In this document: positions 1-8,025 of the stretch, piece by piece
How positions within the stretch are numbered: position 1 is the stretch's first letter
Layout of the letters: each line of letters starts with the position of its first letter
Assembly (NCBI GenBank): GCA_048941285.1
Contig: JBHLNS010000061.1
Location: 1 to 16,938, forward strand
Source: Promethearchaeota archaeon
GTDB taxonomy: Archaea > Asgardarchaeota > Lokiarchaeia > Sigyniarchaeales > SOKP01
Direction of reading: 5' to 3'
DNA: 16,938 nt
The notes under the pieces: generated by a model
Databases searched by the model: none
Seen by the model: the letters and a program-made list of their open reading frames with translations, nothing else
What the model was told of the DNA's origin: nothing
Made by a program: the position numbers and the translations under genes

Positions 1-18
1 TTTTGAAGATTTTTTCAT
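1..18 (-). CDS. 5' end of a gene running off the left edge (MKKSSK...), product unknown
   Basis: The minus strand reads GAATGAGGTATTAGA-ATG AAA AAA TCT TCA AAA. ATG is at 18-16 with a GAGGT Shine-Dalgarno-like motif just upstream. Only 6 codons are visible. Confidence 0.45.
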
Positions 19-265
19 TCTAATACCTCATTCTTTTTTTATCAATTTTTCTAAAATGATCACTTTTTTCCATCAATGACGGAAGATTGTTAAGTTTATA
101 TAATAGATCGTGAATTTCGATCGCCCTTCGATTATATCATTGATGTAAAATGATCAAACTAAAAATGAGACAACATTATATTTAACTTTTATGTCAATTT
201 GTTCAAAAAAAGTTATTCATATAGGGGTTCAAACTATAGACTAAGAAAAGATATAACCAGAAATA

Positions 266-976
266 TTACTTTTTCAAAATAAAATACATTCTTCTATTAT
301 CTTTTCCTTTATTGACTGTTTTCGTCACTTCTATCTTACCGATTTCTTTTAAATGTTTAATATGAGTTCCACCATCGACTTGTTCATCGATATCACCTAT
401 TTTAACGATACGGAATTCTTCAATTTTCTCGGGTAAACCGATAGCTAAACGTGCCAAACCTGGTTTTCCTAAAACTTCATCTCTTGACATGTAATCGATT
501 GTTATTGGTAAATCTTGATCGATTATCTTATTTGCCTCATCTACATAAACTCGCAATTTTTCAGGAGAGTAATTTTTCATTGAAAAATCCATCCTCGTTT
601 TATCTAATTCAATTTGATTACCTGTTATTTTTGCATCAGCCCTATTATAAAGGATATTACTGATTAAATGAGAAGCTGTATGATATCTCATAAATGTGTA
701 TCTACGTTCCCAATCAATTTCACAACTTACAACATCACCCTCCTTTAGTCCAGGTTTGTCTATTTCATGGCTAATTTTGCCAGAGAATTTACCAACGTAC
801 ACTACCTTAAATTTTTCATCGTTTTTGGTGATGAAACCTTCATCCCAAGGTTGACCTCCCCCTTTAGGATAAAAAGCGGTTTTATCAAGAACGATATATT
901 TATAGTCTTTTACATTAACGACTTTTGCGTTCCAACTTTTAAGATAAGAATCATCCATATACAATGCTCTTGCCAT
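266..976 (-). CDS. alaXM: Alanyl-tRNA editing protein AlaX-M (free-standing AlaRS editing domain)
   Basis: Motifs LY.DDSY, LDKTAFYPKGGGQPWDEG, IDWERRY..MRYHTASHL (HxxxH) and DGGTH (CxxxH position). The start is moved from 1015 to the ATG at 976 (MARALY..., 236 aa), which matches the family N-terminus. Confidence 0.93.
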   Translation of the reverse strand: MARALYMDDSYLKSWNAKVVNVKDYKYIVLDKTAFYPKGGGQPWDEGFITKNDEKFKVVYVGKFSGKISHEIDKPGLKEGDVVSCEIDWERRYTFMRYHTASHLISNILYNRADAKITGNQIELDKTRMDFSMKNYSPEKLRVYVDEANKIIDQDLPITIDYMSRDEVLGKPGLARLAIGLPEKIEEFRIVKIGDIDEQVDGGTHIKHLKEIGKIEVTKTVNKGKDNRRMYFILKK

Positions 977-1115
977 AAAATTTAAAAAAATACTATACCT
1001 TATAATTTTAATCATTTTGGTGGATTCCAGAAGGTTTTACACCATCTAATATTTCTCATCTTATAAATTACATCATAATAAGTGTTAGGAAAAAAAATGA
1101 ATAAATAATAAGATT

Positions 1116-1129
1116 TACATAATTATGTA
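1116..1129. promoter_or_regulatory. Perfect 14-bp palindrome TACATAATTATGTA, candidate transcription-factor site
   Basis: Self-complementary. Lies in the divergent alaX/LRR intergenic region, just upstream of a TATA-like TTTAATAA (~1136-1143) before the LRR gene. Confidence 0.4.
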
Positions 1130-1182
1130 TACCTATTTAATAAAAGTTACAATCTCTTAGAAAGAATTACGGTGTAAAGGTT

Positions 1183-2220
1183 ATGAAGTCTGTTGAAATT
1201 GCAGGCAATAAATTCGAAGTTCAAGGCGAGTTTCTTGATCTAGGGCTTCTAGAGATAAAAGACATGGATGAAATATTAGGCTTATCAAAGTTAAAAGATT
1301 TAAAGAATTTAGAGTTAAGCTCAAATCAAATAGTACATATAAAAGGTCTTGAAACTTTAAATGAGTTAGAAATATTGAATTTAGGAAGCAATCAAATAGT
1401 TACAATTAAAGGTTTAGATAACCTAGAAAACCTCAAGATTTTACATTTGGTAAGCAATCAAATAACAGAAATTAAAGGTTTGGAAAAACTAGAAAACTTA
1501 GAGGAACTTTATTTAAGAGGGAATCAAATAACTGATATTGCGGGGTTAAACAACCTAAAATCGTTAAAAAGGTTGGATCTTTCTTGGAATAATATCAATG
1601 AGATTAAAGGTCTCGAAGGGTTAACAAATTTAGAAGTCCTATGGATTATGGGAAATCAATTAAAGCAAATTAAAAATCTTGAAAGCTTGGAAAGCTTAGA
1701 AGTATTAAATCTCGGAGGAAATCAAATTGAAAGCATAGCTGGTCTAAAAAATTTAAAAAATTTAAGAAGTTTTTATGTAAATAATAATCAAATTCAAAAA
1801 ATCCAAGGATTAGACGATTTAGAAAATTTAGAAACTCTATGGCTCAATACAAATAAAATTTCAGAAATAAAAGGGTTAGGCAATTGTAAAAATTTAAGAA
1901 TTTTAAATTTAAAGCAAAATGAAATAAATCAGATAAAAGGGTTATATAATTTAACAAATTTAGAAAATCTATTCCTTTCCGAGAACCAAATAGGAGAAAT
2001 TAAAGGTCTCGAGCCTCTCACGAAATTAGAAACGCTTGACCTAAGTCAAAATCGTATTATTCAGATAAAAGGATTAGAATCCTTGATGAATTTAAAAGAT
2101 TTATGGCTTGCAGATAACCTTATCCCCCAAAAAATAATTGATAAATTGGGAGGCTTAGATTCTGGTGGTTGTGCAAATGATCCAATGAAATTTGTCCAGT
2201 ATTCTCTTATTAATTTGTAA
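1183..2220 (+). CDS. Leucine-rich repeat protein, SDS22-like class (22-aa repeats)
   Basis: 12 complete tandem 22-aa repeats of consensus LxxLxNLxxLxLxxNQIxxIKG, plus partial repeats at each end. No signal peptide or TM segment. Confidence 0.95.
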   Translation: MKSVEIAGNKFEVQGEFLDLGLLEIKDMDEILGLSKLKDLKNLELSSNQIVHIKGLETLNELEILNLGSNQIVTIKGLDNLENLKILHLVSNQITEIKGLEKLENLEELYLRGNQITDIAGLNNLKSLKRLDLSWNNINEIKGLEGLTNLEVLWIMGNQLKQIKNLESLESLEVLNLGGNQIESIAGLKNLKNLRSFYVNNNQIQKIQGLDDLENLETLWLNTNKISEIKGLGNCKNLRILNLKQNEINQIKGLYNLTNLENLFLSENQIGEIKGLEPLTKLETLDLSQNRIIQIKGLESLMNLKDLWLADNLIPQKIIDKLGGLDSGGCANDPMKFVQYSLINL

Positions 2221-2323
2221 TTTACTTTACAGTTTTTTAAAGTTTAAAAAATAATCTATAAAAATAATATTTTCTTCAAATAACATTAATTAAACTAATT
2301 TTAAAAAAAGGATAATTTTGTAG

Positions 2324-3583
2324 GTGAATATTTTGGAGTTAAATCCATTTGAAGTTGCTAAAAAGCAAATTGATATCGTTGCCAAAGAGATGGGGTTAGA
2401 TCCAAATGTGAGAGAATATCTTAAAAGAGTTGAAAGAGCGTTAATTGTAACAATCCCTATACAGATGGATGACGGTTCACTTCAAATTTTTGAAGGATAT
2501 CGAGTTCAACATAGTACTGTAAGAGGACCTGGAAAAGGAGGAATAAGATATTCTCCAGAAGTCACATTAGATGAAGTTAAAGCATTAGCTACTTGGATGA
2601 CTTGGAAATGCAGTCTTTTAAACTTACCTTTAGGAGGAGCTAAAGGAGGAGTATGTGTAGATCCGAGAAAGTTATCTAAAAGAGAATTAGAACGCTTAAC
2701 AAGAAGATATGCATCTGAAATAATAAATATGATCGGGCCTGATATTGATATTCCTGCTCCTGACGTTAATACAAATGCCCAGATAATGGCATGGATAATG
2801 GATACTTATAGCATGAATAAAGGTAGATCTGTGCCTGGGGTTGTAACCGGAAAACCTATTGAGATAGGAGGGTCAGTTGGTAGAGAGTCGGCAACAGGCA
2901 TGGGCTTATTCTATATACTTGAAGCTATGTGTGAAAAATTAAATTTAGAATTGAAAACGTTAAATATTGTAGTTCAAGGCTTTGGAAATGTTGGTGGGAC
3001 GATTGCTGATTTATTATACAAAGAAGGATGTAAAGTTATGGCAGTTTCAGACATTTCAGGAGGAATTTATTATTCTGAAGGATTGGAAATTGATAAATTA
3101 TTAGAATGGACGCAAAAGGGTAATTATTTAAAAGATTATCAAGACAAAAATTACCAAGTGATTACAAATGAAGAACTATTAACTCTTGAATGTGATGTTT
3201 TAATTCCGGCAGCTTTAGAAAACCAAATAACGCAAACTAATGCTGATAAGATTAAATGTAAAATTATTTTAGAAGGTGCTAATGGCCCAGTTATACCTGA
3301 GGCAGATAAAATTTTATTTAAAAAAGGTATTTTTGTGATACCCGATATCCTAGCAAATGGTGGAGGTGTTTGTGTTTCTTATTTTGAGTATGTTCAAGAT
3401 ATTCGTGCTTATTTCTGGGAATTAGATAGAATAAATAAAGAACTAAAAAAGATTATGTTAAAGGCATTTGAAGACGTATATATCCTTTCAAAAGAAAGAA
3501 ACATAAATCTTCGTACAGCAGCGTATATCATTGCTGTATCAAGAATTGCCAAAGCAATCGAATTACGGGGAATTTTTCCATAA
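2324..3583 (+). CDS. gdhA: Glutamate dehydrogenase (Glu/Leu/Phe/Val dehydrogenase family)
   Basis: GYRVQH, RGPGKGGIRY, GGAKGG (catalytic Lys), PAPDVNT, TGKP..GGS.GR, VQGFGNVG Rossmann motif, EGANGP and PDILANGGGV. GTG start. Confidence 0.96.
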   Translation: MNILELNPFEVAKKQIDIVAKEMGLDPNVREYLKRVERALIVTIPIQMDDGSLQIFEGYRVQHSTVRGPGKGGIRYSPEVTLDEVKALATWMTWKCSLLNLPLGGAKGGVCVDPRKLSKRELERLTRRYASEIINMIGPDIDIPAPDVNTNAQIMAWIMDTYSMNKGRSVPGVVTGKPIEIGGSVGRESATGMGLFYILEAMCEKLNLELKTLNIVVQGFGNVGGTIADLLYKEGCKVMAVSDISGGIYYSEGLEIDKLLEWTQKGNYLKDYQDKNYQVITNEELLTLECDVLIPAALENQITQTNADKIKCKIILEGANGPVIPEADKILFKKGIFVIPDILANGGGVCVSYFEYVQDIRAYFWELDRINKELKKIMLKAFEDVYILSKERNINLRTAAYIIAVSRIAKAIELRGIFP

Positions 3584-3603
3584 TATAATCATAAACTATT
3601 TAG

Positions 3604-3625
3604 TTTTATTCCATTTTTCTTTTTT
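3604..3625 (+). terminator. Oligo-T tract, probable archaeal terminator of gdhA
   Basis: TTTTATTCCATTTTTCTTTTTT about 20 nt after the gdhA stop codon. Confidence 0.4.
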
Positions 3626-3871
3626 ATAACTGAAGCGAATTATTACGAGATCGTCCGACAGAAATTAACATTAGGCACTCTGTATGCCCCGAAACATAAG
3701 AAGATAATTGAATTACTAGAAATATTTTGGAATGAAGAAGAAATAAAAATACTCTCTCATTTTGAAGGGACTGAAAGAGACATAACAATAAAACAATTAG
3801 AATAAAAAACTGGTATTCCAAAAGAAAAATATAGAATCGGTAAGAGAACTTTTTTTGAACTAATATTATAA
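3626..3871 (+). pseudogene. Degraded 5' gene fragment, resembling the N-terminus of Lokiarchaeia 4Fe-4S-binding proteins (from memory)
   Basis: The plus frame reads ITEANYYEIVRQKLTLGTLYAPKHKKIIELLEIFWNEEEIKILSHFEGTERDITIKQLE*KTGIPKEK..., with normal protein composition. ATA sits where ATG is expected. An in-frame TAA at 3803-3805 interrupts an HTH-like LE(E)KTGIPKE motif. The frame ends at TAA 3869-3871. Confidence 0.6.
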
Positions 3872-3961
3872 ACTCTATTTTTTTCATAAATATTTAGATT
3901 AGAAAAATTAGTAAAAAAAATTAGAATTTGATGTGAAAGAATTATTTTTTAGATTTTAAAA

Positions 3962-4393
3962 TTATTCTCCTCTTAGGTCTCTTAATGCTTCTCCTACCAT
4001 TCCATTGATCTCTCCATATGCTATTGCATCTTGAAGATTGCCGTCAATTTGAAGGTCTCCACTCATATAAGCACTAGTAGCATCAATCTCACCAGCTCCT
4101 AAACCTGCCCATGTAGCACCTGTTGCTTTCATGGTGACACTTGGATCATCTGCTTCACCTTCACCATAATCTACAGAGCCCTCTCCAACTTTCACCCAAT
4201 ATTTATAGTCCGCATCAGTATATTCGAATTGGACAAGTATCTCGTCCATATCTTCTACTTCTTCTTTAATATCTTCATTTTCTTGAGCAAATTGTTTCAT
4301 AGCTTCTGCCAATAGAAGTGCATCAGAGGGTTTTCGTTCACCTTCTCCTTCTACCAAATTTTTTAATTTTTTAAGTAAATCTTCACTAACCAT
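3962..4393 (-). CDS. SCP2 sterol/lipid-binding domain protein
   Basis: C-terminal half Y.YWVKV.EG.V.YGEGE.DDPSVTM.A....W..L..GEIDATSAYMSGDLQIDGNLQDA matches the SCP2 fold signature (..AYM.G.L.I.GN). Confidence 0.88.
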   Translation of the reverse strand: MVSEDLLKKLKNLVEGEGERKPSDALLLAEAMKQFAQENEDIKEEVEDMDEILVQFEYTDADYKYWVKVGEGSVDYGEGEADDPSVTMKATGATWAGLGAGEIDATSAYMSGDLQIDGNLQDAIAYGEINGMVGEALRDLRGE

Positions 4394-4458
4394 TTATATT
4401 CAACTTTTGCCTATAATGTAAATTTTCTTAATACAAAGTTAATGTTATAAATTTCGAA

Positions 4459-4475
4459 TATATTAAAAGGTTTTA
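4459..4475 (-). promoter_or_regulatory. BRE + TATA promoter of the SCP2 gene
   Basis: The minus strand reads TAAAACC-TTTTAATATA about 65 nt upstream of the ATG at 4393. Confidence 0.45.
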
Positions 4476-4612
4476 TTTATGGTGAGAAGGATTTATTTCC
4501 ACTAAAACCTTCTTTTTTCGCATTAACGAAAAATTTTTATTTATTTTTAAAGAAAGGTATTATTTAATTGATTAAAATAAAAAAAAGTAAAAAAATTTAT
4601 TGAATTTAATAA

Positions 4613-5710
4613 TTACAGGCTTTCTGCTTGCACATTTGTGCTACCTGTAGATGTCATTCCAGTAAAAGTATACGTATTAGTTGCTGTGTTATAATCATTC
4701 GATGTAATTATTTTTGGATTAGCTCCACTCTCACTAAATCCTCCAGACCCAATCGGAGTATAGCTATTTGAACCTGTGGAAGTAGAACAAGTAAATTTTG
4801 CCCCTATATTTGCTAAGTTATCTCTATAATACACATTAATACTACCTGTTGAGGTCACTAATGAACCATTAATATTAGCACCCATTTCAGTATATTGCAG
4901 AATATTTATCCCGATACTTCCTGTTGAACTTTCCAATCTCCAAGTATACCCTTCAGCGTATTTCATATTATAACTGTTAAAGCCGATAGAACCAGTAGAA
5001 ACCGTTCCTGTAAAATGTCCCCCAATAGAACATTTTGAAAAATTAAAAGTCATACTTCCAGTTGATGTAAATGCCCTTAAATTATGAATAAAATTAACAT
5101 CCTTTGCAGTTAATGCGACTGATCCTGTGCTAGTGCTTAGTTCTACATCCCCTTGGAACAAGTTATTTTTGCCAGCATTCAAAAATATAGATCCAGTAGA
5201 AGTTCTCAATGTAGTATTATTAACAATTACATTATCAGGAACATTCATATTTATCCCACCAGTGCTGCTTAGAATATTAAGGTCATATACTACATCAGTT
5301 CTTAGGGTTAGATTAATTTGTACTTGCCGAAAAACACCAAAAATAAACCAAGTTGTTGCTTTTGCGTCAACTGTGAGCGTTGTTATAGGTGTGCTTTCAT
5401 TAGCCCATGATATCGGGTGAAAGAAATCTGAAAATGATGATCCTTCTACTAAAATACCTTCAATATGTATTTTCAAATCAACTTTAGCGTAATAATCAGT
5501 TGGTGTTTGATTATAATTAATCAAAATTGATCCAATATCAGAATTAATATTAATTCGCTCTATAGAAGATGGAGATGTTGGTTCATAATAATAAGTATTC
5601 TCATAATCAATTGCACCCCAAGTCGTAAAGATTAAAATCCCAAATGTAGTCCCTATAGTTACAACACAAATCGCTACAATAATCAATACCGCAATATGAA
5701 TTCTCTTCAA
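4613..5710 (-). CDS. Membrane-anchored DUF4097/putative-adhesin-like beta-repeat protein
   Basis: N-terminal hydrophobic helix (IAVLIIVAICVVTIGTTFGILIF) followed by nine [T/S/V]STG[S/G] motifs plus SDIGSI. Ser/Thr/Asn-rich. TTG start. Confidence 0.75.
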   Translation of the reverse strand: MKRIHIAVLIIVAICVVTIGTTFGILIFTTWGAIDYENTYYYEPTSPSSIERININSDIGSILINYNQTPTDYYAKVDLKIHIEGILVEGSSFSDFFHPISWANESTPITTLTVDAKATTWFIFGVFRQVQINLTLRTDVVYDLNILSSTGGINMNVPDNVIVNNTTLRTSTGSIFLNAGKNNLFQGDVELSTSTGSVALTAKDVNFIHNLRAFTSTGSMTFNFSKCSIGGHFTGTVSTGSIGFNSYNMKYAEGYTWRLESSTGSIGINILQYTEMGANINGSLVTSTGSINVYYRDNLANIGAKFTCSTSTGSNSYTPIGSGGFSESGANPKIITSNDYNTATNTYTFTGMTSTGSTNVQAESL

Positions 5711-5845
5711 TTAAACCATCTTTTTTAAAGATTTTTTTATGATTTAGACCTAACTTTTAAAGTATTTAAATAATTTTTAGACTAATATTTGTCTTTTTAA
5801 GATTTTTCTTTTAAAAAAAAGAGATTTTTTTATAAAATTTAACAA

Positions 5846-6361
5846 TTAAATCATTTTAATAATAGACTGAGCAAATTTCTTCGCTTTTTCAAGATCCTCT
5901 GTATTTGGCCGTCCTTTGAGCCTTTTTTGATGTTCTTCAGCTTCCTTTCTTTTTTCTAGAGGTAATTTATCCATCATTGATTTAATAGTCTGTTTTGGGA
6001 TACCAATATTTTCACCCATGCAGTCAAATTCTGATAAAATATTTGAATTACTTTTCTTGATTGCTCTTTTAACTAATTTAAATCCATCTTGATAAGAATC
6101 AGCGCTAGCATGAGTACAAAAGAACACGAAATTTTGAGGTAATGATTGAGCAGCATTTATTAAATCTGAAAGTGATTTATTAACACGACTTGCATAAATC
6201 CCTGATCCTAAAAATATTAAATCATAATCCTTTAAACTCAGAGGATTAACATCTTTAACTGGTTTTAAATCAAGATCATGTCCTTTTAACCCTTCCTTAA
6301 TACTCTGAGCAACTTTTTCGGTATTTCCCGTATTTGAAAAGTAAGCAACAAGAATTTTCAT
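5846..6361 (-). CDS. Flavodoxin family protein
   Basis: MKILVAYFSNTGNTEKVA (FMN phosphate-binding loop), YDLIFLGSGIY, FFCTH and C-terminal GRPNTEDLEKAKKFA. Confidence 0.9.
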   Translation of the reverse strand: MKILVAYFSNTGNTEKVAQSIKEGLKGHDLDLKPVKDVNPLSLKDYDLIFLGSGIYASRVNKSLSDLINAAQSLPQNFVFFCTHASADSYQDGFKLVKRAIKKSNSNILSEFDCMGENIGIPKQTIKSMMDKLPLEKRKEAEEHQKRLKGRPNTEDLEKAKKFAQSIIKMI

Positions 6362-6434
6362 TTTTTTATCTCTTTAAAATTTCTAAAAATTAAATTGATA
6401 ATTTATGAATTTAATGAAATCTAATAAAAAAATT

Positions 6435-7343
6435 TTAATTTTCAAGTTGTAAATTGAAAAAATTTATCGCATTCTCTATTGTTTTTTCACTTACTTTTCT
6501 TTGAGGAATATTATGAGAGAAAGCAATGGCTGCAATTGAATATCTAACATTTGAAGGAACATTTAAAGGTCCTCTTTTGTATGGATGTTGATAATAAGAA
6601 TCAGTTTCAGTTACTAAAGACTCTAAAGGTGAAAGTCTAGTAACTCTTCGCCATCGATCAAAACCAAAAGCAGAACTAGGGACTGAAAGCATAAATCCTT
6701 GACTTGGTAGGGTTCTTCCATATTCTTCAGGCCCAGAAAAACAATGCCACAGTACTCTATGACAATCTATTTTATACTCCTTTAGAATATTAAGTATTTC
6801 TCTGTTTACCCCATCTTTTTTGTTAAATCTATGTTTCGGATTTTGTCTATCAACCTCATTCTCTGCAGCATTTCTTACATGCAGAATATAAGGTTTATCG
6901 AGATCTCTAGTTAATTCAAAAATTAGTTCAAGAACTTCAACTTGTTTATTTCTTTTATCTAAAGTTTTAGCGTGATGGAAATCTAGCCCTATTTCTCCAA
7001 TCCCAAGGTATTTATCAGGATTATTTTGGATAAATTTAATCCATTCTTTCCATTCTTCATCAAATCTATCTTTTGGGGTATAGGTTACTGTTTGTGGTGC
7101 AAAACCACATGTAAATCCAAAATTTTTATTAATTTTTTTAATAAAATCCAACGTTAAACTTAGCGTTTGCATATCTATTGTGCTAGATATTAAAAATTGG
7201 CCTCCATTTTTGAAAAAATTTGAATATTGTTCTTTATCTGAAGGTAATTGATCGTTCTTGGGTCGGTGAAATGGCAAATGGCAATGAACATCAATAAATT
7301 TTAAATTTGGCTCAGGTTCTGGAATATCAATCCTTTTAGGCAT
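6435..7343 (-). CDS. tatD: TatD family metal-dependent DNase/hydrolase
   Basis: IDVHCHL (HxH), IGEIGLDFH, ILHVRNA, WHCFSG, VTETDS and N.P.NV. Confidence 0.9.
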   Translation of the reverse strand: MPKRIDIPEPEPNLKFIDVHCHLPFHRPKNDQLPSDKEQYSNFFKNGGQFLISSTIDMQTLSLTLDFIKKINKNFGFTCGFAPQTVTYTPKDRFDEEWKEWIKFIQNNPDKYLGIGEIGLDFHHAKTLDKRNKQVEVLELIFELTRDLDKPYILHVRNAAENEVDRQNPKHRFNKKDGVNREILNILKEYKIDCHRVLWHCFSGPEEYGRTLPSQGFMLSVPSSAFGFDRWRRVTRLSPLESLVTETDSYYQHPYKRGPLNVPSNVRYSIAAIAFSHNIPQRKVSEKTIENAINFFNLQLEN

Positions 7344-7458
7344 ATTATATATATGTTAAATGAAATTATTAATAACTTTGAATGATTATCTTTTAAAATA
7401 AATAGCTGTATTAAGATTTTATCAAATCTTTAAATAATGTCCTTTATTAAAAACTAGT

Positions 7459-7872
7459 ATGGTTGAGAAGTTGAAGTCTAAACTTGAACAATTAGAAATA
7501 AGAAAAAAGGAACTACAACCTAAAATAGATGAGATTAACGCAAAAAGGGAAGAAGAACTCCTAAAAGTCAATAAAAAATATGACCATATGATATATGATG
7601 TTAACTACATAGCTGAACAATTAGAAAATGAATTCTGTAACGATTTAATTAAATCTTATATAGAAATTGTAACACGCGAATTTGATAGAAAACGAAGTTC
7701 TGACATTTATGAGGTCTCAAATGAATTTAAAAATTATAGAAAACTAATTGTTGAATTCGATATGTTCCCTGAAGAATTAATAGATAAAATACAAAAGGTA
7801 ATAGAAGGTGCCCCAATAGAGAATATAATGTATGATCTTGACAAAGTTCAAAAAAAATATATGAAATATTAA
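7459..7872 (+). CDS. Hypothetical protein with N-terminal coiled coil
   Basis: 137-aa ORF with ATG start, K/E/L heptad-rich N-terminus and codon usage like neighbouring genes. Divergent from tatD. Confidence 0.8.
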   Translation: MVEKLKSKLEQLEIRKKELQPKIDEINAKREEELLKVNKKYDHMIYDVNYIAEQLENEFCNDLIKSYIEIVTREFDRKRSSDIYEVSNEFKNYRKLIVEFDMFPEELIDKIQKVIEGAPIENIMYDLDKVQKKYMKY

Positions 7873-8025
7873 TTTTTACATTCTTTTGGTTAAAATTATC
7901 TAGACTGCTCCCCAAAAAAGAAGAATAAATCCCCAATTTTTGATATTATTTAGGTATTACATAGGTAAATATGTATATTTGATTCTCTTGGATTATAACA
8001 GAATTATAGTTATAATAATATAAAA

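Noticed and set aside
58-155. Known riboswitch (purine, fluoride) or eukaryote-like SECIS
   Set aside because: It has fragments such as UAUAAUCG, GGCGAU and AUGA-N12-AA, but lacks the purine UUUCUACC core, the fluoride pseudoknot and a properly paired SECIS helix. The adjacent alaX has no in-frame UGA.
451-985. Plus-strand ORFs 451-663 and 767-985
   Set aside because: Antisense shadows inside the well-supported alaX gene, with no motifs.
1280-2130. 66-bp periodic DNA repeats (AATCAAAT..., ATTAAAGGT) as CRISPR or a DNA tandem repeat
   Set aside because: Degenerate, in-frame and fully explained by LRR coding.
3624-3887. Minus-strand 87-aa hydrophobic ORF from the ORF track
   Set aside because: The F/L/I-rich composition is what the reverse complement of an A-rich coding strand produces. 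The plus frame is the protein-like one.
5127-5420. Plus-strand 97-aa ORF
   Set aside because: Antisense shadow of the DUF4097-like gene.
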